Below are positions 10,521 through 18,872 of a stretch of 64,000 bases of DNA, piece by piece; the stretch's first letter is position 1; every line of letters starts with the position of its first letter. Under the pieces are notes generated by a model that made no database searches, was not told where the DNA came from, and saw nothing but the letters and a program-made list of their open reading frames with translations. A program made the translations under genes and the position numbers. The DNA is from a virus (Duplodnaviria > Caudoviricetes). The stretch is taken from positions 1,590 to 65,589 of the IMG/VR virus record IMGVR_UViG_3300028602_002388, one strand, 5' to 3'.

Positions 10521-10970
10521 ATGAAAGAATATGTTTTAGTAAATAATGGTAATGTGATTTATCGTTATAGTTCATTTGTTAAACCTACAATAAATGAGAT
10601 TAAAGGCTTTATTTATGAGGTTCAAACGTCAGTTAAGCCTGCTATACCTGTAGGTAAGAAGGTTGTTGAGATTTGGACAATAGAGGGTGATAAGTATATT
10701 CAGGGTTGGGAGTTAGAAGATGTTACATTACAAGACACATGGCATGATCAGAATTACCCTAAAAGGATAAAGATAGCCATGCATGATATTAATACAATAT
10801 CTACTTTACAGGAGTTTGTTAGTAAACTTATACTTTGGTGGATGATAAAAGGTTTAAAACATTATTCTGATAATGATTATGCTTATTTTTATTGTAACTT
10901 TATTTATGAAGAACATCAATCTATTATTGATCAGTTTGGTCAGTACATAGTTATTGAGAGTTTAGAATGA
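10521..10970 (+). CDS. Hypothetical protein (fibre chaperone-like position)
   Basis: 149-aa ORF following the fibre genes. Confidence 0.45.
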   Translation: MKEYVLVNNGNVIYRYSSFVKPTINEIKGFIYEVQTSVKPAIPVGKKVVEIWTIEGDKYIQGWELEDVTLQDTWHDQNYPKRIKIAMHDINTISTLQEFVSKLILWWMIKGLKHYSDNDYAYFYCNFIYEEHQSIIDQFGQYIVIESLE

Positions 10971-10986
10971 TGTAAAATTATTAATT

Positions 10987-11223
10987 ATGGAAAGATTTAA
11001 AAAGTTTATAAAAAAATATTTGCGTGAGCTTATTTCTGATAAAAAGTTGAAAACGGCTCTATGGCAAATTGCCAATACAGCATTAGTTTTGTTCATAACT
11101 TATTTAAGTGGTCTGCAGATTCAAAAGCCCATTTGGATAGCAGTTATTTCTGTGATCATAGCTATTTTAAATTTCACAACAAAGTTTATAAATATAAACT
11201 ATTTGCAAAAAGATATCTATTAA
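10987..11223 (+). CDS. Putative holin
   Basis: 78 aa, two hydrophobic segments, basic N-terminus, in the lysis cluster. Confidence 0.45.
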   Translation: MERFKKFIKKYLRELISDKKLKTALWQIANTALVLFITYLSGLQIQKPIWIAVISVIIAILNFTTKFININYLQKDIY

Positions 11224-11501
11224 TGGAACAGATGGAACAGGAATATATAATAGCCATTGAATTATTGAAAAACAATCAACAAATAATGAATGAGAAGATG
11301 GATGCTATTCGCCATGATTTGACGAAGGGTTTTGAGAGTGTTGAAACAAAGATAAGCGAATTACGAACAGAGATGAAGGAGATGGATACTTGTAACGAGA
11401 AAAAGTATGCATCTATTTTAACTGAAAGGATTGTTTATGGTATGGTTGGGATAATGATTTCCGCCATAATAGTTGCTTTATTAGCGTTAATAATAAGATA
11501 A
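11223..11501 (+). CDS. Coiled-coil protein with C-terminal TM helix (lysis-associated)
   Basis: ATG at 11223 overlaps the holin stop; 92 aa ending in a hydrophobic helix. Confidence 0.45.
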   Translation: MEQMEQEYIIAIELLKNNQQIMNEKMDAIRHDLTKGFESVETKISELRTEMKEMDTCNEKKYASILTERIVYGMVGIMISAIIVALLALIIR

Positions 11502-11540
11502 ATTAATTAAATTAAAAATTTAATATTAATACATGTATTT

Positions 11541-12242
11541 ATGAAAGTGTTAACATTTGCAGGTCGCACTGGTTCTTTACCTCTTGACATTAAGATTGTT
11601 GAGAGGGGTGAGATAATTAAGGGTGCGGATGATAGGGATAAGATCATCTCCTATTTTACAGTTGAGGGAATAAACTATGCTTCTCACTATGGTATTTGTT
11701 CATTACGTAACGGTACAATAGGCAAGGCGATGGAAGATTCTCGTTTGCCTGTTCGTACAGGTTTTTTAAAAGGTGATGCGTTTAATTATGCAGTTTATCA
11801 TAAAGGAAGGTTTAACAAGGTTAATTGGTTAAGAAGTTATTCTAAGGGTGGCCATACTTTGTGGGAAGGGGAATTGGGAGAGGTGGTTGATGTAAGGGAT
11901 AATCCTTATTACTCCTTACCTCCTTATTGGCCTGATACCGATAATTGGGTAACAAAGCCATACGGGGCAGTGCCTACAACAGCCTTCAAGGATCGTTATT
12001 TGTATAAGTATATAAAATTTATCGAATGGTTTCCTTTGTATTATACAAAAGGGAGTATGGGGATGGAGATTGTTGAGGGTAATGGGAAATTTAAGTTGGA
12101 TAAGCGAAATATTTCAAATTCAACTTACATATTTAGCAAGAATGATATTGAACGTGGGCAGATAAAATTAAAATTCACATGCGTTCCTCTTGTCAATTCC
12201 GGAAGTACAGACACTGAACGTATCCTTACTTTAAGGTGGTAA
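11541..12242 (+). CDS. Hypothetical protein
   Basis: 233-aa ORF in the lysis cluster; no motif recognised. Confidence 0.5.
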   Translation: MKVLTFAGRTGSLPLDIKIVERGEIIKGADDRDKIISYFTVEGINYASHYGICSLRNGTIGKAMEDSRLPVRTGFLKGDAFNYAVYHKGRFNKVNWLRSYSKGGHTLWEGELGEVVDVRDNPYYSLPPYWPDTDNWVTKPYGAVPTTAFKDRYLYKYIKFIEWFPLYYTKGSMGMEIVEGNGKFKLDKRNISNSTYIFSKNDIERGQIKLKFTCVPLVNSGSTDTERILTLRW

Positions 12243-12247
12243 ATTCC

Positions 12248-12751
12248 ATGCAGTTACTTAAATATATAATTTTAATTTCTTTATTATTTACTGCCTGTTC
12301 GCTCGAACGGCGATGTTTGAAAAGGTATCCGTTGCCTTCTACAACTGTGATAACGGAGACGGTTGAGGTAGTTGTTTATCGAGATACAACAGTTTATGTT
12401 TACATACCGGCAGATACTATTTATCACACTGATACGATTTTAGTAAAAGACGACGGTATCAATTATCCATTACAGCGTTTAGATGTTGATTATGCTTATT
12501 CTATTTTCCAGATAAGGAACAACAAACTTGATTTTCGTTTATTTCAGAAAGATGCTGTTATAGCTCAAACGATTAATAAGGCAATAAAAGAAAGCTCAAC
12601 AATTGAAAAAGAAGTTGTGAAAGAGCCTTATCCTGTGCCGGCAAAGATAACATGGTGGCAACAGACCATGATTTACTTAGGTTATGTTTTATTTAGTTTG
12701 ATAGTCCTTTTTTTAGGATGGTTTGTAATAAAATTTTTATTAAAGATTTAG
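12248..12751 (+). CDS. Putative unimolecular spanin (lipoprotein with C-terminal TM helix)
   Basis: Signal plus lipobox LFTA-C, C-terminal WWQQTMIYLGYVLFSLIVLFLGW helix; next to the endolysin. Confidence 0.6.
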   Translation: MQLLKYIILISLLFTACSLERRCLKRYPLPSTTVITETVEVVVYRDTTVYVYIPADTIYHTDTILVKDDGINYPLQRLDVDYAYSIFQIRNNKLDFRLFQKDAVIAQTINKAIKESSTIEKEVVKEPYPVPAKITWWQQTMIYLGYVLFSLIVLFLGWFVIKFLLKI

Positions 12752-12756
12752 ATTTT

Positions 12757-13215
12757 ATGACACAGCAAGGCATTATTGAGGAGGTGAGAAAATATTTTCG
12801 TATTGAGGAGCTGGTATGTCCACATACATTTAACAAGTTTGGTGAATCGTCATGGAGATTTTTAAATACTGGATATTTACATACCTTACTTGTTTTACGT
12901 ACAGAGGTTCTGGGTGTTCCTATGACAATGAATGATTATGTATTTGGCGGAAATATTACTCAAAGGGGATTAAGGTGTAATTTGTGTGAACTTGTAAAGA
13001 AGAAAACGTTTGCTAATCAGATTTACCTTTCGGCTCATTGTTTAGGTAATGGTGGCGATGCCGTGTTTGATAGTATTACTGCCGTTGAAGCAAGGGCTAT
13101 AATAAAAGATAAACAAAAATTGTTACCTTATAATATAAGAATAGAAAAGGATGTGTCATGGCTTCATTTTGACACTTACGATGCCGGTGTTAAGGTTTAC
13201 GAATTTAATGGATAA
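12757..13215 (+). CDS. Endolysin, peptidase M15-like
   Basis: YFRIEELVCP start, SAH and WLHFD zinc-binding motifs; ATG at 12757. Confidence 0.7.
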   Translation: MTQQGIIEEVRKYFRIEELVCPHTFNKFGESSWRFLNTGYLHTLLVLRTEVLGVPMTMNDYVFGGNITQRGLRCNLCELVKKKTFANQIYLSAHCLGNGGDAVFDSITAVEARAIIKDKQKLLPYNIRIEKDVSWLHFDTYDAGVKVYEFNG

Positions 13216-13243
13216 ACAATTGTTTCTAACAAAACAATAATAC

Positions 13244-13289
13244 ACTCCTCATGCTTCTCATAGAGAGCACACTTGAGGAGTTTTTTTTT
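13244..13289 (+). terminator. Intrinsic terminator after the lysis genes
   Basis: actcctca...tgaggagt stem followed by a T run. Confidence 0.7.
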
Positions 13290-13382
13290 ATCAATTATTT
13301 AGAAAATCATTTTTTGCATAATTTATTATTTTAGCAATGTTTGGTCAACTGCTTTCATTGTGCATGTACAGCTCCCTCTGTT

Positions 13383-13616
13383 TTATGAGGGAGCTTTTTT
13401 GTTTTGTTTAATATTTCTTTTTTGTTCTTTTCTTTTAGCTTTTTCGGCTATACGTCTATGATTATTTGCAACAGAGGCGTAAAAGTCAACAAATGTTTCA
13501 TCGCCACGTTTAATGAGTAATACGTAAGCGAACACTGTTAGTGCTATTCCTATAGTAAGGCGAATAGTGTCAGGGTCATGTAGTATATCTTTTACTATTT
13601 CAGTAACTATTTTCAT
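13383..13616 (-). CDS. Small membrane protein
   Basis: 77 aa, one TM segment, basic tail. Confidence 0.5.
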   Translation of the reverse strand: MKIVTEIVKDILHDPDTIRLTIGIALTVFAYVLLIKRGDETFVDFYASVANNHRRIAEKAKRKEQKRNIKQNKKAPS

Positions 13617-13637
13617 AAAAAAGTAGATTAAAGTTAA

Positions 13638-13982
13638 TTAAGTGTGATATTTTGTTCTTTTCTTCCTTTTTTTTAAAGAATCTTCTTGTAAAATTTCGTA
13701 GCTTTTGAGTGGAACAATGATTAAAATTTCTTCTTTATCTTTCTCATTTTTATCTTTCTCTTTAAGTTTGAATACCAATGTTTCAAAAGCATGTAATTCA
13801 TTTGTGATTGACAAAAATTTGTCTTCCATCACTTCACAATAATTCATGTCAAAAATAGTTTGAAACATTATTTTTAAGTTTGTTTTCAGTGTTTCTATCG
13901 TTTCTTTTTTGGAAGAAAAAAAACTTTTTTTCTCCATCTCAGCTTTAACAAGTTGAATAAATTCAAAATATTTATCTTTCAT
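13638..13982 (-). CDS. Hypothetical protein
   Basis: 114-aa ORF in a tightly packed - strand operon. Confidence 0.5.
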   Translation of the reverse strand: MKDKYFEFIQLVKAEMEKKSFFSSKKETIETLKTNLKIMFQTIFDMNYCEVMEDKFLSITNELHAFETLVFKLKEKDKNEKDKEEILIIVPLKSYEILQEDSLKKRKKRTKYHT

Positions 13983-14013
13983 AATTTAATTAATTTTTAA
14001 TTTTTATTTTTAT

Positions 14014-14310
14014 TTAATCTTTCCATGACTGATCAATCTTTAGGACGTATTCGAGTATATCTTTAACGTCGAAATTCCAAAGATCTGCAGTATTAATATC
14101 AATTTCTGTATTGCATACGGAAAAGGATGGTTGTGTAACACTGCTTCCAGGTAGATAAGCTACATACCATGAAAACGTAATCGAGAAGAATAATCCATCG
14201 TCGGAATAATCAACCGTTACGTATTGTCTTCCACTATATTTTTTCAGTTGTGAAAGAGCTTCTTGTTTTATTGTACTTACTATTTCTAATAAATAGTCTT
14301 GAAATTTCAT
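14014..14310 (-). CDS. Hypothetical protein
   Basis: 98-aa ORF overlapping its neighbour. Confidence 0.5.
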   Translation of the reverse strand: MKFQDYLLEIVSTIKQEALSQLKKYSGRQYVTVDYSDDGLFFSITFSWYVAYLPGSSVTQPSFSVCNTEIDINTADLWNFDVKDILEYVLKIDQSWKD

Positions 14311-14492
14311 CTGTCAATAATTTCAGTTTTTATATCAGTAATTATTGGTAACGAATTTCGTTTTCCAATTTTTATGAATGATAACACTTTTTCAAGTGCT
14401 TTTTTTTCACTTGAGATGTTATCAATAACGATGGAGTGGGGATATTTTTCTTTTTCACTCCATTTTAGTATGCAACATACTTTTATTGTCAT
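14307..14492 (-). CDS. Hypothetical protein
   Basis: 61-aa ORF, translationally coupled. Confidence 0.45.
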   Translation of the reverse strand: MTIKVCCILKWSEKEKYPHSIVIDNISSEKKALEKVLSFIKIGKRNSLPIITDIKTEIIDR

Positions 14493-14887
14493 TATTTTTT
14501 TAAATATGTTTTTATTATTTGTTTAAACCCATCAAATGAATAACAAACCTCACATTTATAATTTTGTTCTGTGAGTTTGTTCATCATTATTTTTTGGGCT
14601 ATTGTTGGTTTGTTGTTTCCAAACTTCATTTCAATAAATAGTCCGTTATGTTCTGAAGATGGCACAGAAAGAAATAGGTCTGGGACTCCTTTTTGTACTC
14701 CTTCATTTTTCAGCTTTTTTGCTGTTATTTTGTTTCGTAATCCTCCATTAGGAATTGCAAAAAGCAGTTCTTTAATATCATTATACTGAAGACGAAACCA
14801 CTTAACGCATTCCTGTTGAAGAATACTTTCATGTTGGTTAGTATTTTTTCTTTTACTATTTTTCAGTATTATTTTTTGATGGTTCAT
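14492..14887 (-). CDS. VRR-NUC domain nuclease
   Basis: ESILQQECVKWFRLQY, FAIPNGG, GVPDL and FIEMK motifs. Confidence 0.85.
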   Translation of the reverse strand: MNHQKIILKNSKRKNTNQHESILQQECVKWFRLQYNDIKELLFAIPNGGLRNKITAKKLKNEGVQKGVPDLFLSVPSSEHNGLFIEMKFGNNKPTIAQKIMMNKLTEQNYKCEVCYSFDGFKQIIKTYLKK

Positions 14888-15024
14888 TTTACTCCCCCTT
14901 CTCTTTTCCTTTTTTCCTCTTTATATAATTTATTATTTTCATTCAACTTTTTTGCTTTATAGAGCAAAAAAAGTAATGCCCCTAACAGGCTTAAATAGAT
15001 ACTGATTATTATTATCATTTTCAT
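14884..15024 (-). CDS. 46-aa membrane peptide (not in the ORF track)
   Basis: MKMIIIISIYLSLLGALLFLLYKAKKLNENNKLYKEEKRKREGGVK; its stop overlaps the VRR-NUC ATG. Confidence 0.55.
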   Translation of the reverse strand: MKMIIIISIYLSLLGALLFLLYKAKKLNENNKLYKEEKRKREGGVK

Positions 15025-15036
15025 GGCGATTTTTTT

Positions 15037-15855
15037 TTAAGAAAAAGGGTCGTTAATATCCCAATCGGGGTCATCTGCGAATAAATCTTCCATGTCATCA
15101 TCAGGTTTATTTACTTTTGAAGGGAAAATTTGCACTTTCTCTTTTGGAGGTGTATCTTCTACTGTATCTTCCACTTCTTTCTGAAGAGTATTTTTCATGG
15201 TATCAATAATGTTATCTTGTATAAAATAAGAAAAATAGTCGTTTAAATAGATTTGAAGTTCTTTATCTTTTTCGACTGCAATAGCTTCAATTTCATCTTT
15301 AAACTTATTTTCCAATGGTTTATTTTGAAATTCGGGAATTAGGTAATTTTTCCCTAATCTTGTTATCTTAACAAGATTATTTATTTCGATAACCCCTGTA
15401 TAGGGGTTTTTAATACTTTCCACATAGTTAGCAAGTGCCAAGCCTTGCAATTCTATTTTTACAATTTTTATTTTATAATTTTCATTTTCCTTGATGTGCA
15501 TCAAGGCATATATTATTTTGATCCAGCGGCCTCCGGCGGCTTTTACTTTGTCTTTAATTTCGTGCCACTTGCCGGTTATAGGGAAGTCATTACCTCCTCT
15601 ATTTCTAACTTTTACTTTAAAGTGTCCAGGCTCAGTGCCTTTCCACATGTTTGAATATATTCCACAATCGTACTTTGTGCTCCATCCTTTCACAGCTTGG
15701 AGTTCATCAAGCACGATAAAAGATATTGGCGGGGGTAATTCCCCCGATTCTTTTGTTATAAGGTTTGTAGTTTTAAACAAACCTTCCTCTGCCCTCCATT
15801 GCATAATTATCTGTGCAGGATCGGACGTTCTGTTTTGATATTTTGATCTACTCAT
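15037..15855 (-). CDS. Putative ssDNA-binding protein
   Basis: Acidic/aromatic C-tail DDMEDLFADDPDWDINDPF; next to recombination genes. Confidence 0.45.
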   Translation of the reverse strand: MSRSKYQNRTSDPAQIIMQWRAEEGLFKTTNLITKESGELPPPISFIVLDELQAVKGWSTKYDCGIYSNMWKGTEPGHFKVKVRNRGGNDFPITGKWHEIKDKVKAAGGRWIKIIYALMHIKENENYKIKIVKIELQGLALANYVESIKNPYTGVIEINNLVKITRLGKNYLIPEFQNKPLENKFKDEIEAIAVEKDKELQIYLNDYFSYFIQDNIIDTMKNTLQKEVEDTVEDTPPKEKVQIFPSKVNKPDDDMEDLFADDPDWDINDPFS

Positions 15856-15871
15856 AATAACATTGGTTTAA

Positions 15872-16375
15872 TTATTTATTTACAACATTAATTTTTTTTT
15901 TTAGAATTTCGTTTAATTCTTTTTTCATTATAATTGATTTATCATCTTCTTTATTTTCTTTTTTTGTTGGGAAAGAGATAAAGAATGTGTTTTCCGTGTC
16001 AATTTCTTCGATCGAGGCTGTTGTTCCGTATGCAATGCCAATTCCCATTTTGGCTATTGCTCTTGCGGTGGAGCATGTTTCGGCTACTTCAGCCGCAAAC
16101 TTACCCCACATTGTATCTTCTATTTTTTTACAGGAATGTCCTGTAAATAACAATGATTTCTGTTGGTAAGGGGATTCTCCTATAATAGGTATAGTAATAG
16201 TTGTTATTGCATGCCAGCTAACAATTTCTGGCACATAATTTAAAACTGTTTCTATTGAATAGACTGGGTATATCCTTTTTAGGGCTAACAGTCTTTCGTT
16301 AGCTGAAGAAAAATACCCATCTTGGGTTTTGTAATACTTTATCCCATCTTTGTCAATTTTTATATCTGTATTCAT
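15872..16375 (-). CDS. Putative ssDNA-annealing protein (Rad52/Sak-like)
   Basis: SANERL...FTGHS...EVAETCSTARAIAKMGIG...ASIEE pattern; near YqaJ. Confidence 0.55.
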   Translation of the reverse strand: MNTDIKIDKDGIKYYKTQDGYFSSANERLLALKRIYPVYSIETVLNYVPEIVSWHAITTITIPIIGESPYQQKSLLFTGHSCKKIEDTMWGKFAAEVAETCSTARAIAKMGIGIAYGTTASIEEIDTENTFFISFPTKKENKEDDKSIIMKKELNEILKKKINVVNK

Positions 16376-16386
16376 AATTTTGTGTT

Positions 16387-16674
16387 TTAATTAATTAATT
16401 GGAAGTATCTTTCATTTGCATTATAAACGCCTTTTTTTGTTTTATCTAATTTTTTTAAGATAGTTTTATCTTTAAGTACGCTTATCGCCCTTCTAACGGA
16501 CGTTAGCGGCCAATATTTGTTATTGGCAATACAGATGTAATAAACCTCGCTTGCCGTTAAAGGTTTATTTTCTTTTTGGAAGATGTTTTTAATAAAATCT
16601 TCCTGCGATAGAGCTTTGTTTTCTCTTATTGATAGTTCAGGTTCTTTTGTTAGGTTTGTATTAAAAAAAGTCAT
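16387..16674 (-). CDS. Winged HTH DNA-binding protein
   Basis: LTASEV...PLTSVRRAISVLKDKTILKK helix-turn-helix pattern. Confidence 0.55.
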   Translation of the reverse strand: MTFFNTNLTKEPELSIRENKALSQEDFIKNIFQKENKPLTASEVYYICIANNKYWPLTSVRRAISVLKDKTILKKLDKTKKGVYNANERYFQLIN

Positions 16675-17794
16675 TTTTCAACAAATTTTTTTGGATTAAT
16701 TCGGTTATTTGATTTTTATTAAATTTTTTTTTTAAATTGTTTCCCAATTGAGGAAGTGTACTTCCTTTGCGTACAAAGTAGCGCAAATTTCCTTCTTCCT
16801 CAAAATCTATATATTCACAATTATTGTGAAGAAATTCGATGAGAATTTCATTTTTATTTTTTTGTTTTATTTCGTTTAGTGTTGAAATAATTGATGCTAT
16901 ATAAGCATCTTTTTTACCTTTTTTCAAAAGTGTTTCAGACCCCATAATAGAGGTTTTATTTTTTCTATAGTTTTCCTTAACGAACATTTCGGCTGTTTTA
17001 TTACTACCGACTTTTGGTTCAAGCATTTGAATTTGATGCTTACATTCGTTATAATATTGTTCATCGCCGACCATTTGTGCTTTTTCCATTTGTTCTACCC
17101 ATTTTTTTGCAGGTAAAACATGGTCATACCAAAATTTATATGTTTGGTCAATGATAAGTTCACAAATCTCGTAATTTATTTCAAATGGGAATACATCTAA
17201 GTATCTCCCATTTTTCAATATTGCCAATTCTCCATAGTCAGCCTCTAACAGCAGTAAGGCTGTGTTCAATTGTGTTAAATAAGATGGGTCTATTCCGGCT
17301 TCCCATTTTGCCGCTGAGAACCCTTCTGTTGTTTTTATTTCAAGTACACCCTCTTTTTCGAGAGGCTTGCCTGTTATTAGACTAAAACCACCTTTTTTAT
17401 TTATCATCCTATCTACATTAACGAATAGCCAATCATACATTTTGTTTTTGACTATTGCATTTAATTTTTTACATCGTCTTATAATTTTTCCATTGTTTAT
17501 ATTATTAATGTAGCTTGGATTATTATATTCATCTTTTTTCCCATCCCATCCTTGCCAGCACATAGCTACATATTCTTCAAGGTTTCTACCATGGAACATT
17601 GCTTCATTATCTTTTATAGGTTTTTTAAAACCTAATTTTTGATAAAAAAGCACTAATGGGTCGGAATAGTCATCCGCATAAAGTACTGTTCGTACTTCTG
17701 ATGCGCCAATTCCGTTTAACCTGAATTGATGCCATTTCTCGCTTCGATAAGGTATTTGATATCGTTCGATATTTGTTTTTTGTTTTTTTTTCAT
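16661..17794 (-). CDS. yqaJ: YqaJ-like (lambda-exonuclease family) recombination nuclease
   Basis: WHQFRLNGIGASE, MFHGRNLEEYV, NVD and LEIKT motifs. Confidence 0.85.
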   Translation of the reverse strand: MKKKQKTNIERYQIPYRSEKWHQFRLNGIGASEVRTVLYADDYSDPLVLFYQKLGFKKPIKDNEAMFHGRNLEEYVAMCWQGWDGKKDEYNNPSYINNINNGKIIRRCKKLNAIVKNKMYDWLFVNVDRMINKKGGFSLITGKPLEKEGVLEIKTTEGFSAAKWEAGIDPSYLTQLNTALLLLEADYGELAILKNGRYLDVFPFEINYEICELIIDQTYKFWYDHVLPAKKWVEQMEKAQMVGDEQYYNECKHQIQMLEPKVGSNKTAEMFVKENYRKNKTSIMGSETLLKKGKKDAYIASIISTLNEIKQKNKNEILIEFLHNNCEYIDFEEEGNLRYFVRKGSTLPQLGNNLKKKFNKNQITELIQKNLLKNDFF

Positions 17795-17821
17795 GTTTAT
17801 TTAAATGTTTGTTTTTTGTTT

Positions 17822-17844
17822 TAACATTCGTAGATTCTATGTTA
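17822..17844 (+). other. attI-like recombination site 1 (TAACATTCGTAGATTCTATG|TTA)
   Basis: Same 23-mer family at four backbone/cassette junctions; TAACAT...ATGTTA inverted arms. Confidence 0.55.
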
Positions 17845-17853
17845 CCTGCAAGG

Positions 17854-18066
17854 CTAACATCCTGCATCACAAGTATAATTTGGCGTTTTAATTCCCAACA
17901 TAATTCTGAAAGTTCCGATAACTACTGCATAAGTAATCATATCATCTGACTTCCACTTTCTAAATCCTGTTGAATATGCTTTATGAACACCAGGAACTTT
18001 TTTGGCAGTTTTAGGAAATTTGTTAAACGCCAAATAATACTTCTTGTTTTGAAATGCTTTATACAT
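17854..18066 (-). CDS. Small cassette gene, hypothetical
   Basis: 70-aa ORF between attI-like sites 1 and 2. Confidence 0.5.
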   Translation of the reverse strand: MYKAFQNKKYYLAFNKFPKTAKKVPGVHKAYSTGFRKWKSDDMITYAVVIGTFRIMLGIKTPNYTCDAGC

Positions 18067-18118
18067 TATTTGTTTTTTGTTTTTTTTTCATGTTTATTTA
18101 AATGTTTGTTTTTTGTTT

Positions 18119-18141
18119 TAACATTCGTAGATTCTATGTTA
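18119..18141 (+). other. attI-like recombination site 2
   Basis: Identical to site 1. Confidence 0.55.
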
Positions 18142-18534
18142 CCTGCTACCGTATGGTGACACATCCTCAATCCCTGCTTCAATCATTCTACGCTTCAATG
18201 TGTTTGCAAAAAAATCATCTTGCGGGAAAAATGAATAATCACATTGCTTATATATTCGTGAAAGCCTATCAAGGACGCAGTTAAACCATTCCTTGTATTG
18301 CTCTTCCCAAGCATAATTCTGCAACTCAAAATAATTTATTGTAGTTTCATTTTTCCCAAATGGTTTATACCTCATCCCTTCAATGCGTTTTTCACGACCA
18401 ATCATAGTTTGGTAAGGTCTAACAATGTGAGACAAAATAAATTCGTGGTACTGGTCGTTACGAATAACGGCAGCAGGTAACACACGTTTGGCGTCATTTG
18501 GGCTGACGTCTAAGCCTTGAACATTAGTTTCCAT
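18139..18534 (-). CDS. Small cassette gene, hypothetical; its start lies inside an attC-like palindrome
   Basis: 131 aa; stop coincides with the GTTA of site 2. Confidence 0.6.
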   Translation of the reverse strand: METNVQGLDVSPNDAKRVLPAAVIRNDQYHEFILSHIVRPYQTMIGREKRIEGMRYKPFGKNETTINYFELQNYAWEEQYKEWFNCVLDRLSRIYKQCDYSFFPQDDFFANTLKRRMIEAGIEDVSPYGSR

Positions 18535-18605
18535 ATTTATCTTTTATTTTAAGTTGAACATTTGTTTTACAAAATCCCAAACGAATGCCAAGCGTGGGAA
18601 CGTTA
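18478..18605 (+). other. attC-like site (128 bp)
   Basis: TAAC-a-cacgtttggcgtcatttggg ... cccaaacgaatgccaagcgtg-ggaac-GTTA imperfect palindrome. Confidence 0.7.
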
Positions 18606-18838
18606 AGTAACTCCTCCGCTTTTAATTTCTTCTTCTCAATATCTTCAATTAAATAACCCCGCAGGCTTCTCTCGTCATGTGAAAAAAATCGTGCTTCATT
18701 AAGCATTTGGCGAAACAAGTTCATAAACTCAACCGTTGCCTCTGCTCGTTGTAAATCTGATAAACCAGCCGCTAACACACGGTTAGTGCAATTGCCGTTT
18801 TCGATAGTATTCGTAGTTTCTGCCAAGCGGGGTCTCAA
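18524..18838 (-). CDS. Small cassette gene; native start probably destroyed by the hairpin/CRISPR junction
   Basis: ...ETTNTIENGNCTNRVLAAG leader parallels METNV...KRVLPAA of the neighbour; half attC from 18773. Confidence 0.45.
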   Translation of the reverse strand: MRPRLAETTNTIENGNCTNRVLAAGLSDLQRAEATVEFMNLFRQMLNEARFFSHDERSLRGYLIEDIEKKKLKAEELLNVPTLGIRLGFCKTNVQLKIKDKYGN

Positions 18839-18872
18839 CTGCCGATCAGGCAGTTGAGACCCCGCTTGGCAG
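18820..18872. repeat. Perfect 24-bp inverted repeat with 5-nt loop, built from CRISPR repeat and spacer sequence
   Basis: ctgccaagcggggtctcaactgcc-gatca-ggcagttgagaccccgcttggcag. Confidence 0.95.

Larger units (their letters stand above)
17770..18146 (+). repeat. 80-bp direct repeat (17770-17849 and 18067-18146) flanking the 70-aa gene
   Basis: Identical copies containing the yqaJ 5'UTR/start and the attI-like site. Confidence 0.9.
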
